Positions 14,101 through 27,720 of a stretch of 64,000 nt of DNA are shown in pieces. The DNA comes from the human T2T-CHM13v2.0 reference genome, Homo sapiens. Each line of letters opens with the position of its first letter. The stretch's first letter is position 1. The position numbers and the translations under genes are program-made. Location of the stretch: NCBI RefSeq assembly GCF_009914755.1, contig NC_060926.1; one strand, given 5' to 3'. The notes under the pieces are model-generated. The model was not told the origin of the DNA and did not search any database. It saw only the letters and a program-made list of their open reading frames with translations.

Positions 14101-17100
14101 TCATAGAATGGAATCGAATGGAATCTTTGAATGGACCTAAATGGAATCATCATCGAATGCAAACGAATGGAATCATCATCAAATGGAATCACATGGAATC
14201 ATCAAATGGAAATGAATTGAATAATCATAGAAAGGAATTGAATAGAATCATCGAATGAAACCGAATGGAATCATCATCGAATGGAATCGAATGGAATCAT
14301 CATCGAATGCAATTGAATGGAATCATCATCGAATGGAATCGAATGGAATCATCAACGAATGGAATTCAAAGGAATCATCATCGAATGGAAACAAATAGAA
14401 TCATCAAATGGACTCGAAAGGAATCATCGAATGGACTCGAATGGAGTTGTCATCGAATGGAATCAAATGGAATCATCGAACAGAATTGAATCGAATCCTC
14501 ATTGAATGAAATCAAATGGAATCATCGAATGGACTCGATTGGAAGCTATATCAAATGGAATCGAAAGGAATCATGGAATGCATTCAAAGGGAATAATCAA
14601 ATGGACTCAAATGGAATCAACATCAAGTGGAATCGAAAGGAATCATCGAATTGACAGGAATGGAATCATCATCGAATGGAATCGAATGGAATCATCGAAT
14701 GGACATGAATGGAATCACTATCCAATGGAACCGAATGGAATCATCATGGAATGGAACCGGAAGGAGTCGTCATCAAATGGAATCCAATGAAATCATTGAA
14801 TGGACTCGAATGGAATCATCATCAACTGGAATTGAATGGAATCATCGAACAGACTCCAGTGGAATCATCGGAGAATGGAATCGAATGGAATTATCAAACG
14901 GACTCGAATGGAATAAACTTTGAATGGAATCGAGGGGTATCATCAAATGGAATCGAATGCAATCATCGAACGGAATCGAATGGCATCACCGAATGGAATC
15001 CAATGGAATCACCATTGAATGGACTCGAATGGAATCATCATTGAATGGAATCGAATGGAATCATCGAATGGACTCGAATGGAATCATCATCGATTGGAAT
15101 CAAATGGAATCATCGAATGGAATCGAAAGGAATCATCATCAACTGTAATGAACTGGAATCACTGAATGGAATCGAATGGAATCGTCATCAAAAATAATCG
15201 AATAGAATAATCAAATGGAATCAAATGCAATCAACATCAAATGGAATCGAATGGAATCCTAGAATGACATCGAATGGAATCCTCATCGAATGGAATCAAA
15301 GGGAATCAATATCGAATGGAATCGAAAGCAATCACTGAATGGACTTGAATACAATCATCAAATGGATTTGAAGGGAATCCTCATTGAATGGAATAGAACA
15401 AAAACATTGAATGGACACGAATGGAATCATCATCGAATGGAATCAAATGGAGTCATCAAATGGACTCGAATGGAATCATCATCAAATGGGATCATCATCA
15501 AATGGAATCGAATGGAGTCATCGAATGGACACGAATGAATGAACAAATGGACTCAAATGGAAACATCAAATAGAATCGAATGGAATCATCGAAAGGAATT
15601 GAATGGAATGATTGAATGGACTCGAATGGAATCATCTAATGGACACGAATGGAATAATCATAAAATGGAATCGAATGGAATCATCAAATGGACTCGAATG
15701 AATGGAATCATTGAATGGACTCGAATGGAATCATCGAATGGACTCAAATGGAATCATCATCAAATGGACTCGAATGGAATCATCACATGGAATCAAACCG
15801 AATCGTCATCGAATGGAATTGAATGGAATCATCGAATGGAATTGAAGGCAATCATCATCGAATGGAATCGAATGGAATCATCATCAAATGGAATCAAGTG
15901 GAAGGAATCATCAAATGGAATCAAATGGAATCATTGTTGAATGGAATGGAATGGAATCATTGAATGGAATTGAATGGGATCCCCAATGAACGGAATCAAA
16001 TGGAATCATCTTCTAATGGAATCGAAAGGAATCATCAAATACACTCGAATGGAATCATCATCGAATGGAATCGTGTGGAATCGTCGAATGAACTGGAAAT
16101 GAATCATAATCAAATGCAATTAAAATGAATCATCATCGAAAGGAATCACATGGAATCATCATCGAATGGAATCATACGGAAACATCACAGAATGGAATTG
16201 AATGGAATCATCAGTTGGACTCGAATGGAATCATCAAATGTACTCGAAGGGAAGCGTCAAATGGACTCGAACGGAATCATCATCGAATGGAATCGAATGG
16301 GATCATCGAAAGGACTCGAATCAAATCTTCAAAAGGACTCAAAGGGAATCATTGTAGAATGGAAATGAATAGAGTCATCAGACAGCCTCGAATGGAAACA
16401 TCATTTAATGGAATTGATTGGAAACATCGAATTCACTCGAATGGAATCATCATCTGATGGAATTCAAGGGAATCATCGAATAGACACAAATGGAATCATC
16501 ATCAAATGGAATCCATTGGAACGATTGAATGGAATCGCAAGGAATTATCAAATGGAATCGAATGGAAACATCTTTGAATGGAATCAAATGAAATCATCGA
16601 ATGGAATCGAATGCAATCATTGAATGGAATCGAATGGAATCATCGAATGGTATCCAAAGGAATCACCATTGAATGCCCTCGCATGGAATCATCATCATAT
16701 AGGGTAGAAAGGAATCATTAAATGGACTCGAATGGAACCATCATTGAATGGAAACACCAAATGGAATCAAATGGAATCATCATCAAATGAAATCAAACGG
16801 AATCATTAAATGGAATCGAATGGAATCATCATTGAATGGATTCGAATAGAATCTTTCAATGAAATTGAATGGAATCAGCATGAAATGGAATCTAAAGGAA
16901 TCATAGAATGGTATCGAATGGAATCATCATCGAATGGAATGGAATGGAATGGATTGGAATGGAATGGAACGGAATCAGCATCGAATGGAATCAAAAGCAA
17001 TCATTCAATGGACTCTAACAGAATCAGCAAATAGACTTGAATGTAATCATCATCGAATGGAGAAGAATGGAATCATCCAATGGACACGAATGGAATCATC

Positions 17101-17170
17101 CTCGAATGCAATCGAATGGAATCATATAATGGACCCGAATGGAATCATCATTGCATGGAATAGAATGGAA
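11167..17170 (+). repeat. Higher-order unit U3, ~6.0 kb, 3' end fused to the next unit
   Basis: Has the internal anchors in order (11595, 13307, 14506, 15290, 16125). Near 17165 it jumps from U1-equivalent ~6255 to ~365. Confidence 0.85.
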
Positions 17171-20100
17171 TCATCATCGAATGGAATAAAATGGAATCAT
17201 CAAATGGAATCAAATGGAATCATCAATGAATGGAATCGAATGGTATCATGGAATGGAATTGAATGGAATCGTCTTTGAGTGGAATCTAAAGGAATCACCG
17301 AATGGACTCCAATCATCAGATGGAATCGAGTGGAATCATCGAATGTAGTCGAATGCAATCATCATCGAATGGAATTGAATGGAATCAACGAATGGAATAC
17401 AAAGGAATCATAGAATGGACTCGAATGGAATCATCATTGAATGGAATGAAATGGAATCATCATGGAATGGAATTGAATGGAATCATGGAATGGACTCAAA
17501 TGGAATCATCATCGAATGAAATCGTATGGAATCATCGAATGCAACTGAATGGAATCATTGAATGGACTTGAAAGGAATTATTATGGAATGGAATTGAATG
17601 GAATCATTGAATGGACGTGAAAGGAAACATCATCAAGTGGAATCGAATGGAATCGTTGAATGGACTCGAATTGAATCTTTGAATGGAATCGAATGGAATC
17701 ATCATTGAATGGAGTCAAATGGAATCATCATCAAATGGAATTGAATGGAATCTTCATTGAATGGACTCGAATGGAATCATCATCAAATGGAATCTAATCG
17801 AATCATCAATGAAGGGAATCGAATGGAATCATCATCGAATGGAATCGAATGGAATCATCAACAAGTGGAAACGAATGAAATCATCGAATGGAATCGAATG
17901 GTGTCATCGAATGGACACGAAAGGAATCATCGAAAGGAATCAAATGGAATCACCATCGAATGAAATCAGATGGAATCACCATCGAATGGAATGTTATGAA
18001 ATCATCTCATGGACTCGAAGGGAATCATCATCGAATGGAATCGAATGGAATCATTGAATGAAATGGAAAGGAATCACCATCGAATGGAATGTTATGGAAT
18101 CTTCTAATGGACACGAAGGGAATCATCATCGAATGGAATCGAATGGAATCATTGAATGCAATTGAATGGAATCATCATCAAATGGAATCGAATGGAATCA
18201 TCGAATGGAATCTGAATGGAATCATGAATGAATGGAATCAAATGGAATCATCTAATGGACGTGAATGGAATCATCATCGAAAGCAATGAAATGTAATTCA
18301 ATCGAATGGACATGAATGGAATCATCATTGAATGGAATCAAATGGAATCCTCATCGAATGGAATCGAATGGAATCATCAAATGGAATAGAATGGAGTCAT
18401 CGTCGAATGTAATCGAATGTAATCATCGAATGGCATCGAATGGAATCATCGACTGGAAAAGAATGGAATCATCATCGAATGGAAATGAATAGAATCACAG
18501 AATGAAATCGAATGGAATCATCATCGAATGGAGTCTAATGGAATAATCATCGAATGGAATAGAATGGAATCATCGAGTGGACACGAATGGAATCATCATT
18601 GAATGCAATCGAATAGAATCATCAAATGGACTTGAATGGAAACAACATCGAATGGAATCGAATTTAGTCATTGAATGGCATTGAGTGGAATCATCATTGA
18701 ATGGAATCTAAGGAAATCATCGAATGGACTTGAGTGGAATCATCGAATGGACTGGAGTGGAATCATCGAATGGACTCGAGGGGAATCATCATTGAATGGA
18801 ATCTAGTGGAATCATTGAATGGACTCGAATGGAATAATCGAATGGGCTTGAGTGGAATCATCACCAAATGGAATCAAATGGAATCATCAAATGGACTTGA
18901 ATGGAAACAACATCGAATGGAATCGAATTTAGTCATTGAATTGCACTGAGTGGAATCATCATTGAATGGAATCTAAGGAAATCATCGAATGGACTCGAGT
19001 GGAATCATCGAATGGACTCGAGGGGAATCATCATCGAATGGAATGGACTGTAATCATCGATTGGACTCGAATGGAATCATCATTGAATGGAATCGAATGG
19101 AATCAACGAATGGACTCGAATAGAATCATCATCGAATGGAATCGAATGGAATCAAAGAATGGACTCTAATGGAGTCATCATCAAATGGAATCTAATGGAA
19201 TCATCTAATGGACCTGAAAGGAATCATCATTGAATGGAATCGAATGGAATAATCGAATGGGCTTGAGTGGAATCATCATCAAATGGAATCGAATGGAATC
19301 ATCAAATGGACTCGAATGGAATCATCGTCAAATGGAATCGAATGGAATCATCATCAAAGGGAATCGAATGGAATCCTCATCGAATGGAATCCAACGGAAT
19401 CATCATCGAATGGAATCACCAAATTGAATCGAATGGAATGATCGTCAAAGACAATCGAAGGGAAACATCGAATGGGATTGAACGGAGTCATCGAATGGAA
19501 TCGATAGGAATCATCGAATGGATTCAAATGCAATCATCATCAAATGGAAACGAACGGAATCATCGAATGGACTCGAATGGAATCATCACATGGAATCAAA
19601 CAGAATCGTCATCGAATGGAATCGAATGGAATCATCGAATGGAATTTAAGGCAATCATCATCGAATGGAATCGAATGGAATCATCATCAAATGGAATCAA
19701 GCGGAAGGAATCATCAAATGGAATCAAATGGAATCATTGTTGAATGGAATGGAATGGAATCATTGAATGGAATTGAATGGGATCACCAATGAACGGAATC
19801 AAATGGAATCATCTTCTAATGGAATGGAAAGGAATCATCAAATACACTCGAATGGAATCATCATCGAATGGAATCGTGTGGAATCGTCGAATGAACTGGA
19901 AATGAATCATAATCAAATGCAATTAAAATGAATCATCATCGAAAGGAATCACATGGAATCATCATCGAATGGAATCATAGGGAAACATCACAGAATGGAA
20001 TTGAATGGAATCATCAGTTGGACTCGAATGGAATCATCAAATGTACTCGAAGGGACACGTCAAATGGACTCGAACGGAATCATCATCGAATGGAATCGAA

Positions 20101-21376
20101 TGGGATCATCGAAAGGACTCGAATCAAATCTTCAAAAGGACTCAAAGGGAATCATTGTAGAATGGAAATGAATAGAGTCATCAGACAGCCTCGAATGGAA
20201 ACATCATTGAATGGAATTGATTGGAAACATCGAATTCACTCGAATGGAATCATCATCTGATGGAATTCAATGGAATCATCGAATGGACACAAATGGAATC
20301 ATCATCAAATGGAATCCATTGGAACGATCGAATGGAATCGCATGGAATTATCAAATGGAATCGAATGGAATTATCTTTGAATGGAATCAAATGGAATCAT
20401 CTAATGGAATCGAATGCAATCATCATTGAATGGAATCGAATGGAATCATCGAATGGTATCCAAAGGAATCACCATTGAATGCCCTCGCATGGAATCATCA
20501 TCATATAGAGTAGAAAGGAATCATTGAATGGACTCGAATGGAACCATCATTGAATGGAATCACCAAATGGAATCAAATGGAATCATCATCAAATGAAATC
20601 AAATGGAATCATCAAATGGAATCGAATGGAATCATCATTGAATGGATTCGAATAGAATCTTTCAATGAAATTGAATGGAATCAGCATGAAATGGAATCTA
20701 AAGGAATCATAGAATGGTATCGAATGGAATCATCATCGAATGGAATGGAATTGAATGGAATGGAATGGAATGGAATCAGCATCGAATGGAATCAAAAGCA
20801 ATCATTCAATGGACTCTAATAGAATCATCGAATAGACTTGAATGTAATCATCATCGAATGGAGAAGAATGGAATCATCCAATGGACACGAATGGAATCAT
20901 CGTCGAATGGAATCGAATGGAATCATATAATGGACCCGAATGGAATCATCATTGAATGGAATAGAATGGAATCATCATCGAATGGAATCGTATGGAATCA
21001 TCTAATGGACCTGAATGGAATCATCGTCGAATTGAATAGAATGCAATCATCATCAAATGGAATTGAATGGAATCATCATCAAATAGAATCGAATGGAATC
21101 ATCAAATGGAATCGAATGGAGTCATTGTCTAATGCAATCGAACGAAATCATAGAATGGAATACCATGGAATCAACATCGAATGGAATCGATTGGAATCAT
21201 TATCAAAAGGAATTGAATGGAATCACTGAATGGAATCATCATCAAATGGACTCCAACGGAATCATCGAATTGACGCTAATAGAATCATCACTGAATGGAA
21301 TAGAATGGAATAATCAAATGGAAACGAATGGAATCATCATCGAATGGAATCGAATGGTATCATCAAATGCACTTGA
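17171..21376 (+). repeat. Higher-order unit U4, ~4.2 kb, 5'-truncated, same internal deletion as U2
   Basis: Constant offset 16,800 to U1 from 502/17302 to 2430/19230. The junction near 19545-19600 matches that of U2 (ATCACATGGAATCAAACAGAATCG). Confidence 0.85.
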
Positions 21377-24300
21377 GTGGAATCATCAATGAATGCAATC
21401 GAATGGTATAATCGAATGGAATCAAATGGAATCATCTTCGAGTGGAACCTAAAGGAATCGCCAAATGGACTCCAATGGAATAATCATCGTATGGAATCGA
21501 GTGGAATCATCGAATGTACTCGAATGGAATCATCGAATGTACTCGAATGCAATCATCGAATGGAATTGAATGGAATCATGGTCGAACGGAAAAGAATGGA
21601 ATCATCAAGTGGACACGAATGGAATCAACATCTAATGGAATGGAATGGAATCATCAAATGGAATAAAATGGAATCATCATTGAATGGAATAAAATGGAAT
21701 CATCAAATGGAATCAAATGGAATCATCAATGAATGGAATCGAATGGTATCATGGAATGGAATAGAATGGAATCGTCTTTGAGTGGAATCTAAAGGAATCA
21801 CCGAATGGACTCCAATCATCAGATGGAATCGAGTGGAATCATCGAATGTAGTCGAATGCAATCATCATCGAATGGAATTGAATGGAATCAACGAATGGAA
21901 TACAAAGGAATCATAGAATGGACTCGAATAGAATCATCATTGAATGGAATGAAAGGGAATCATCATGGAATGGAATTGAATGGAATCATCGAATGGACTC
22001 GAAAGGAATTATGCTCGAATGGAATCTAATGGAATCATCAAATGGACTCAAATGGAATCATCATCGAATGAAATCGTATGGAATCATCGAATGCAACTGA
22101 ATGGAATCACTGAATGGACTTGAAAGGAATTATTATAGAATGGAATTGCATGGAATCATTGAATGGACTTGAAAGGAATCATCATCAAATGGAATCGAAT
22201 GGAATCGTTGAATGGACTCGAATTGAATCTTTGAATGGAATCGAATGGAATCATCATTGAATGGAGTCAAATGGAATCATCATCAAATGGAATTGAAAGG
22301 AATCTTCATTGAATGGACTCGAATGGAATCATCATCAAATGGAATCTAATCGAATCATCAATGAAGGGAATCGAATGGAATCATCATCGAATGGAATCGA
22401 ATGGAATCATCAACAAGTGGAAACGAATGAAATCATCGAATGGAATCCAATGGTGTCATCGAATGGACACGAAAGGATCATCGAATGGAATCAAATGGAA
22501 TCACCATCGAATGGAATCCAATGGAATCACCATCGAATGGAATGTTATGAAATCATCTCATGGAATCATTGAATGAAATGGAAAGGAATCACCATCGAAT
22601 GGAATGTTATGGAATCTTCTAATGGACACGAAGGGAATCATTATCGAATGGAATCGAATGGAAATATTGAATGCAATTGAATGGAATCATTGTCAAATGG
22701 AATCGAATGGAATCATCGAATGGAATCTGAATGGAATCATCAATGAATGGAATCAAATGGAATCATCTAATGGACGTGAATGGAATCATCGTCGAAAGCA
22801 ATGAAATGTAATTCAATCGAATGGACATGAATGGAATCATCATTGAATGGAATCAAATGGAATCCTCATCGAATAGAACCGAATGGAATCATCAAATGGA
22901 ATAGAATGGAGTCATCGTCGAATGTAATCGAATGTAATCATCGAATGGCATCGAATGGAATCATCGACTGGAAAAGAATGGAATCATCATCGAATGGAAA
23001 TGAATAGAATCACAGAATGAAATCGAATGGAATCATCATCGAATGGAGTCTAATGGAATAATCATCGAATGGAATAGAATGGAATCATCGAGTGGACACG
23101 AATGGAATCATCATTGAATGGAATCGAATAGAATCATCAAATGGACTTGAATGGAAACAACATCGAATGGAATCGAATTTAGTCATTGAATGGCATTGAG
23201 TGGAATCATAATTGAAGGGAATCTAAGGAAATCATCGAATGGACTGGAGTGGAATCATCGAATGGACTCGAGGGGAATCATCATCGAATGGAATCAACTG
23301 TAATCATCGATTGGACTCGAATGGAATCATCATTGAATGGAATCGAATGGAATCAACGAATGGACTCGAATAGAATCATCATCGAATGGAATCGAATGGA
23401 ATCAAAGAATGGACCCTAATGGAGTCATCATCAAATGGAATCTAATGGAATCATCTAATGGACCTGAAAGGAATCATCATTGAATGGAATCGAATGGAAT
23501 CATCGAATGGGCTCGAATGGAATCATCATCGAATGGAATCTCATGGAATCATTGAATGGACTCGAATGGAATAATCGAATGGGCTTGAGTGGAATCATCA
23601 TCAAATGGAATCGAATGGAATCATCAAATGGACTCGAATGGAATCATCGTCAAATGGAATCGAATGGAATCATCATCAAAGGGAATCGAATGGAATCCTC
23701 ATCGAATGGAATCGAATGGAATCATCATCGAATGGAATCACCAAATTGAATCGAATGGAATGATCGTCAAAGACAATCGAAGGGAAACATCGAATGGGAT
23801 TGAACGGAGTCATCGAATGGAATCGATAGGAATCATCGAATGCATTCAAATGGAATCATCATCGAATGGAAACGAACGGAATCATCGAGTGGACACGAAT
23901 GGAATCATCATCAAATAGGATTGAATGGAATCATCAAATGGCATCGAATGGAATCACCATTGAATGGAATCGAATGGAATCATCGAATGGCATCGAATGG
24001 AATCATCATCGAATAAAATCAAATGGAATAATCGAATGTACTCGAATGGAATCATCAAATGGATTTGAGAGGAATCATCATCGAATGGAATTGAACAGAA
24101 TCATCAAATGGACTCGAATGGAATCCTCATTGAATGGAATCGAATGGAATCATTGAATGGAGTCGAATGGAATCATCAGCAAATGGAATCGAATGGAATC
24201 ATTGAATATCAACGAATGGAATCATCATCGAATGGAGTCGAATGGAATCATCAAATGAACTCGAATCCAATCATCATAGAATGGAATCGAATGGAATCTT

Positions 24301-27300
24301 TGAATGGACCTGAATGGAATCATCATCGAATGCAAACGAATGGAAACATCATCAAAAGGAATCACATGGAATCATTAAATGGAAAAGAATTGAATAATCA
24401 TAGAAAGGAATTGAATAGAATCATCGAATGAAACCGAATGGAATCATCATCAAAAGGAATCACATGGAATCGTCAAATGGAAAAGAATTGAATAATCATA
24501 GAAAGGAATTGAATAGAATCATCGAATGAAACCGAATGGAATCATCATCGAATGGAATCGAATGGAATCATCATCGAATAAATCGAATGGAATCACCAAC
24601 GAATGGAATTCAAAGGAATCATCATCGAATGGAACCAAATAGAATCATCAAATGGACTCGAAAGGAATCATCGAATGGACTCGAATGGAGTTGTCATCGA
24701 ATGGAATCAAATGGAATCATCAAACAGAATTGAATCGAATCATCATTGAATGAAATCAAATGGAATCATCGAATGGACTCGAATGGAAGCAATATCAAAT
24801 GGAATCGAAAGGAATCATGGAATGCATTCAAAGGGAATAATCAAATGGTCTCAAATGCAATCAACATCAAGTGGAATCGAAAGGAGTCATCGAATGGACT
24901 TGAATGGAATCACTATCCAATGGAAACGAATGGAATCATCATGGAATGGAACCGGAAGGAGTCATCATCAAATGGAATCCAATGAAATCATTGAATGGAC
25001 TCGAATGGAATCATCATCAACTGGAATTGAATGGAATCATCGAACGGACTCCAGTGGAATCATCGGAGAATTGAATCGAATGGAATTATCAAACGGACTC
25101 GAATGGAATAAACTTTGAATGGAATCGAAGGGAATCATCGAACGGAATCGAATGCCATCACCGAATGGAATCCAATGGAATCACCATTGAATGGACTCGA
25201 ATGGAATCATCATTGAATGGAATCGAATGGAATCATCGAATGGACTCGAATGGAATCATCATCGATTGGAATCAAATGGAATCATCGAATGGAATCGAAA
25301 GGAATCATCATCAACTGTAATGAACTGGAATCACTGAATGGAATCGAATGGAATCGTCATCAAAAATAATCGAATGGAATAATCAAATGGAATCAAATGC
25401 AATCAACATCAAATGGAATCGAATGGAATCCTAGAATGACATCGAATGGAATCCTCATCGAATGGAATCAAAGGGAATCAATATCAAATGGAATCGAAAG
25501 CAATCACTGAATGGACTTGAATACAATCATCAAATGGATTTGAAGGGAATCCTCATTGAATGGAATAGAACAAAAACATTGAATGGACACGAATGGAATC
25601 ATAAGCGAATGGAATCAAATGGAGTCATCAAATGAACTCGAATGGAATCATCATCAAAAGGGATCATCATCAAATGGAATCGAATGGAGTCATCGAATGG
25701 ACACGAATGAATGAACAAATGGACTCGAATGGAAACATCAAATGGAATCGAATGGAATCATCCAAAGGAATTGAATGGAATGATTGAATGGACTCGAATG
25801 GAATCATCTAATGGACACGAATGGAATAATCATAAAATGGAATCGAATGGAATCATCAAATGGACTCGAATGAATGGAATCATTGAATGGACTCGAATGG
25901 AATCATCGAATGGCTCAAATGGAATCATCATCAAATGGAATCGAATGGAATCATCGAATGGATTCGAATGGAATCATCAAATGGAATCAAACCGAATCGT
26001 CATCGAATGGAATCGAATGGAATCATCGAATGGAATTGAAGGCAATCATCATCGAATGGAATCGAATGGAATCATCATCAAATGGAATCAAGCGGAAGGA
26101 ATCATCAAATGGAATCAAATGGAATCATTGTTGAATGGAATGGAATGGAATCATTGAATGGAATTGCATGGGATCACCAATGAACGGAATCAAATGGAAT
26201 CATCTTCTAATGGAATGGAAAGGAATCATCAAATACACTCAAATGGAATCATCATCGAATGGAATCGTGTGGAATCGTCGAATGAACTGGAAATGAATCA
26301 TAATCAAATGCAATTAAAATGAATCATCATCGAAAGGAATCACATGGAATCATCATCGAATGGAATCATACGGAAACATCACAGAATGGAATTGAATGGA
26401 ATCATCAGTTGGACTCGAATGGAATCATCAAATGTACTCGAAGGGACGCGTCAAATGGACTCGAACGGAATCATCATCGAATGGAATCGAATGGGATCAT
26501 CGAAAGGACTCGAATCAAATCTTCAAAAGGACTCAAAGGGAATCATTGTAGAATGGAAATGAATAGTGTCATCAGACAGCCTCGAATAGAAACATCATTG
26601 AATGGAATTGATTGGAAACATCGAATTACCTCGAATGGAATCATCATCTGATGGAATTCAATGGAATCATGGAATGGACACAAATGGAATCATCATCAAA
26701 TGGAATCCATTGGAACGATCGAATGGAATCTCATGGAATTATCAAATGGAGTCGAATGCAATCATCTTTGAAAGGAATCAAATGGAATCATCGAATGGAA
26801 TTGAATGCAATCATCATTGAATGGAATCGAATGGAATCATCGAATGGTATCCAAAGGAATCACCATTGAATGCCCTCGCATGGAATCATCATCATATAGA
26901 GTAGAAAGGAATCATTGAATGGACTCGAATGGAACCATCATTGAATGGAATCACCAAATGGAATCAAATGGAATCATCATCAAATGAAATCAAACGGAAT
27001 CATCAAATGGAATCGAATGGAATCATCATTGAATGGATTCGAATAGACTCTTTCAATGAAATTGAATGGAATCAGCATGAAATGGAATCTAAAGGAATCA
27101 TAGAATGGTATCGAATGGAATCATCATGGAATGGAATGGAATGGAATGGCATGGAATGGAATCAGCATCGAATGGAATCAAAAGCAATCATTCAATGGAC
27201 TCTAATAGAATCAGCGAATAGACTTGAATGTAATCATCATCGAATGGAGAAGAATGGAATCATCCATTGGACGCGAATGGAATCATCCTCGAATGGATTC

Positions 27301-27720
27301 GAATGGAATCATATAATGGACCCGAATGGAATCATCATTGAATGGAATAGAATGGAATCGTCATCGAATGGAATCGTATGGAATCATCTAATGGACCCGA
27401 ATGGAATCATCGTCAAATTGAATAGTGTGCAATCATCATCAAATGGAATCGAATGGAATCATCATCAAATAGAATCGAATGGAATCATCAAATGGAATCG
27501 AATGGAGTCATTGTCTAATGCAATCGAATGAAATCATAGAATGGAATCCCATGGAAGCAACATCGAATGGAATCGATTGGAATCATTATCAAATAGAATT
27601 GAATGGAAATACTGAATGGAATCATCATCAAATGGACTCCAACGGAATCATCAAATTGACTCTAATGGAATCATCACTGAATGGAATAGAATGGAATAAT
27701 CAAATGGAAACGAATGGAAT
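21377..27720 (+). repeat. Higher-order unit U5, ~6.3 kb
   Basis: Anchors 21377, 21805, 23480, 24750 and 26319 in canonical order; several private small indels. Confidence 0.85.
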
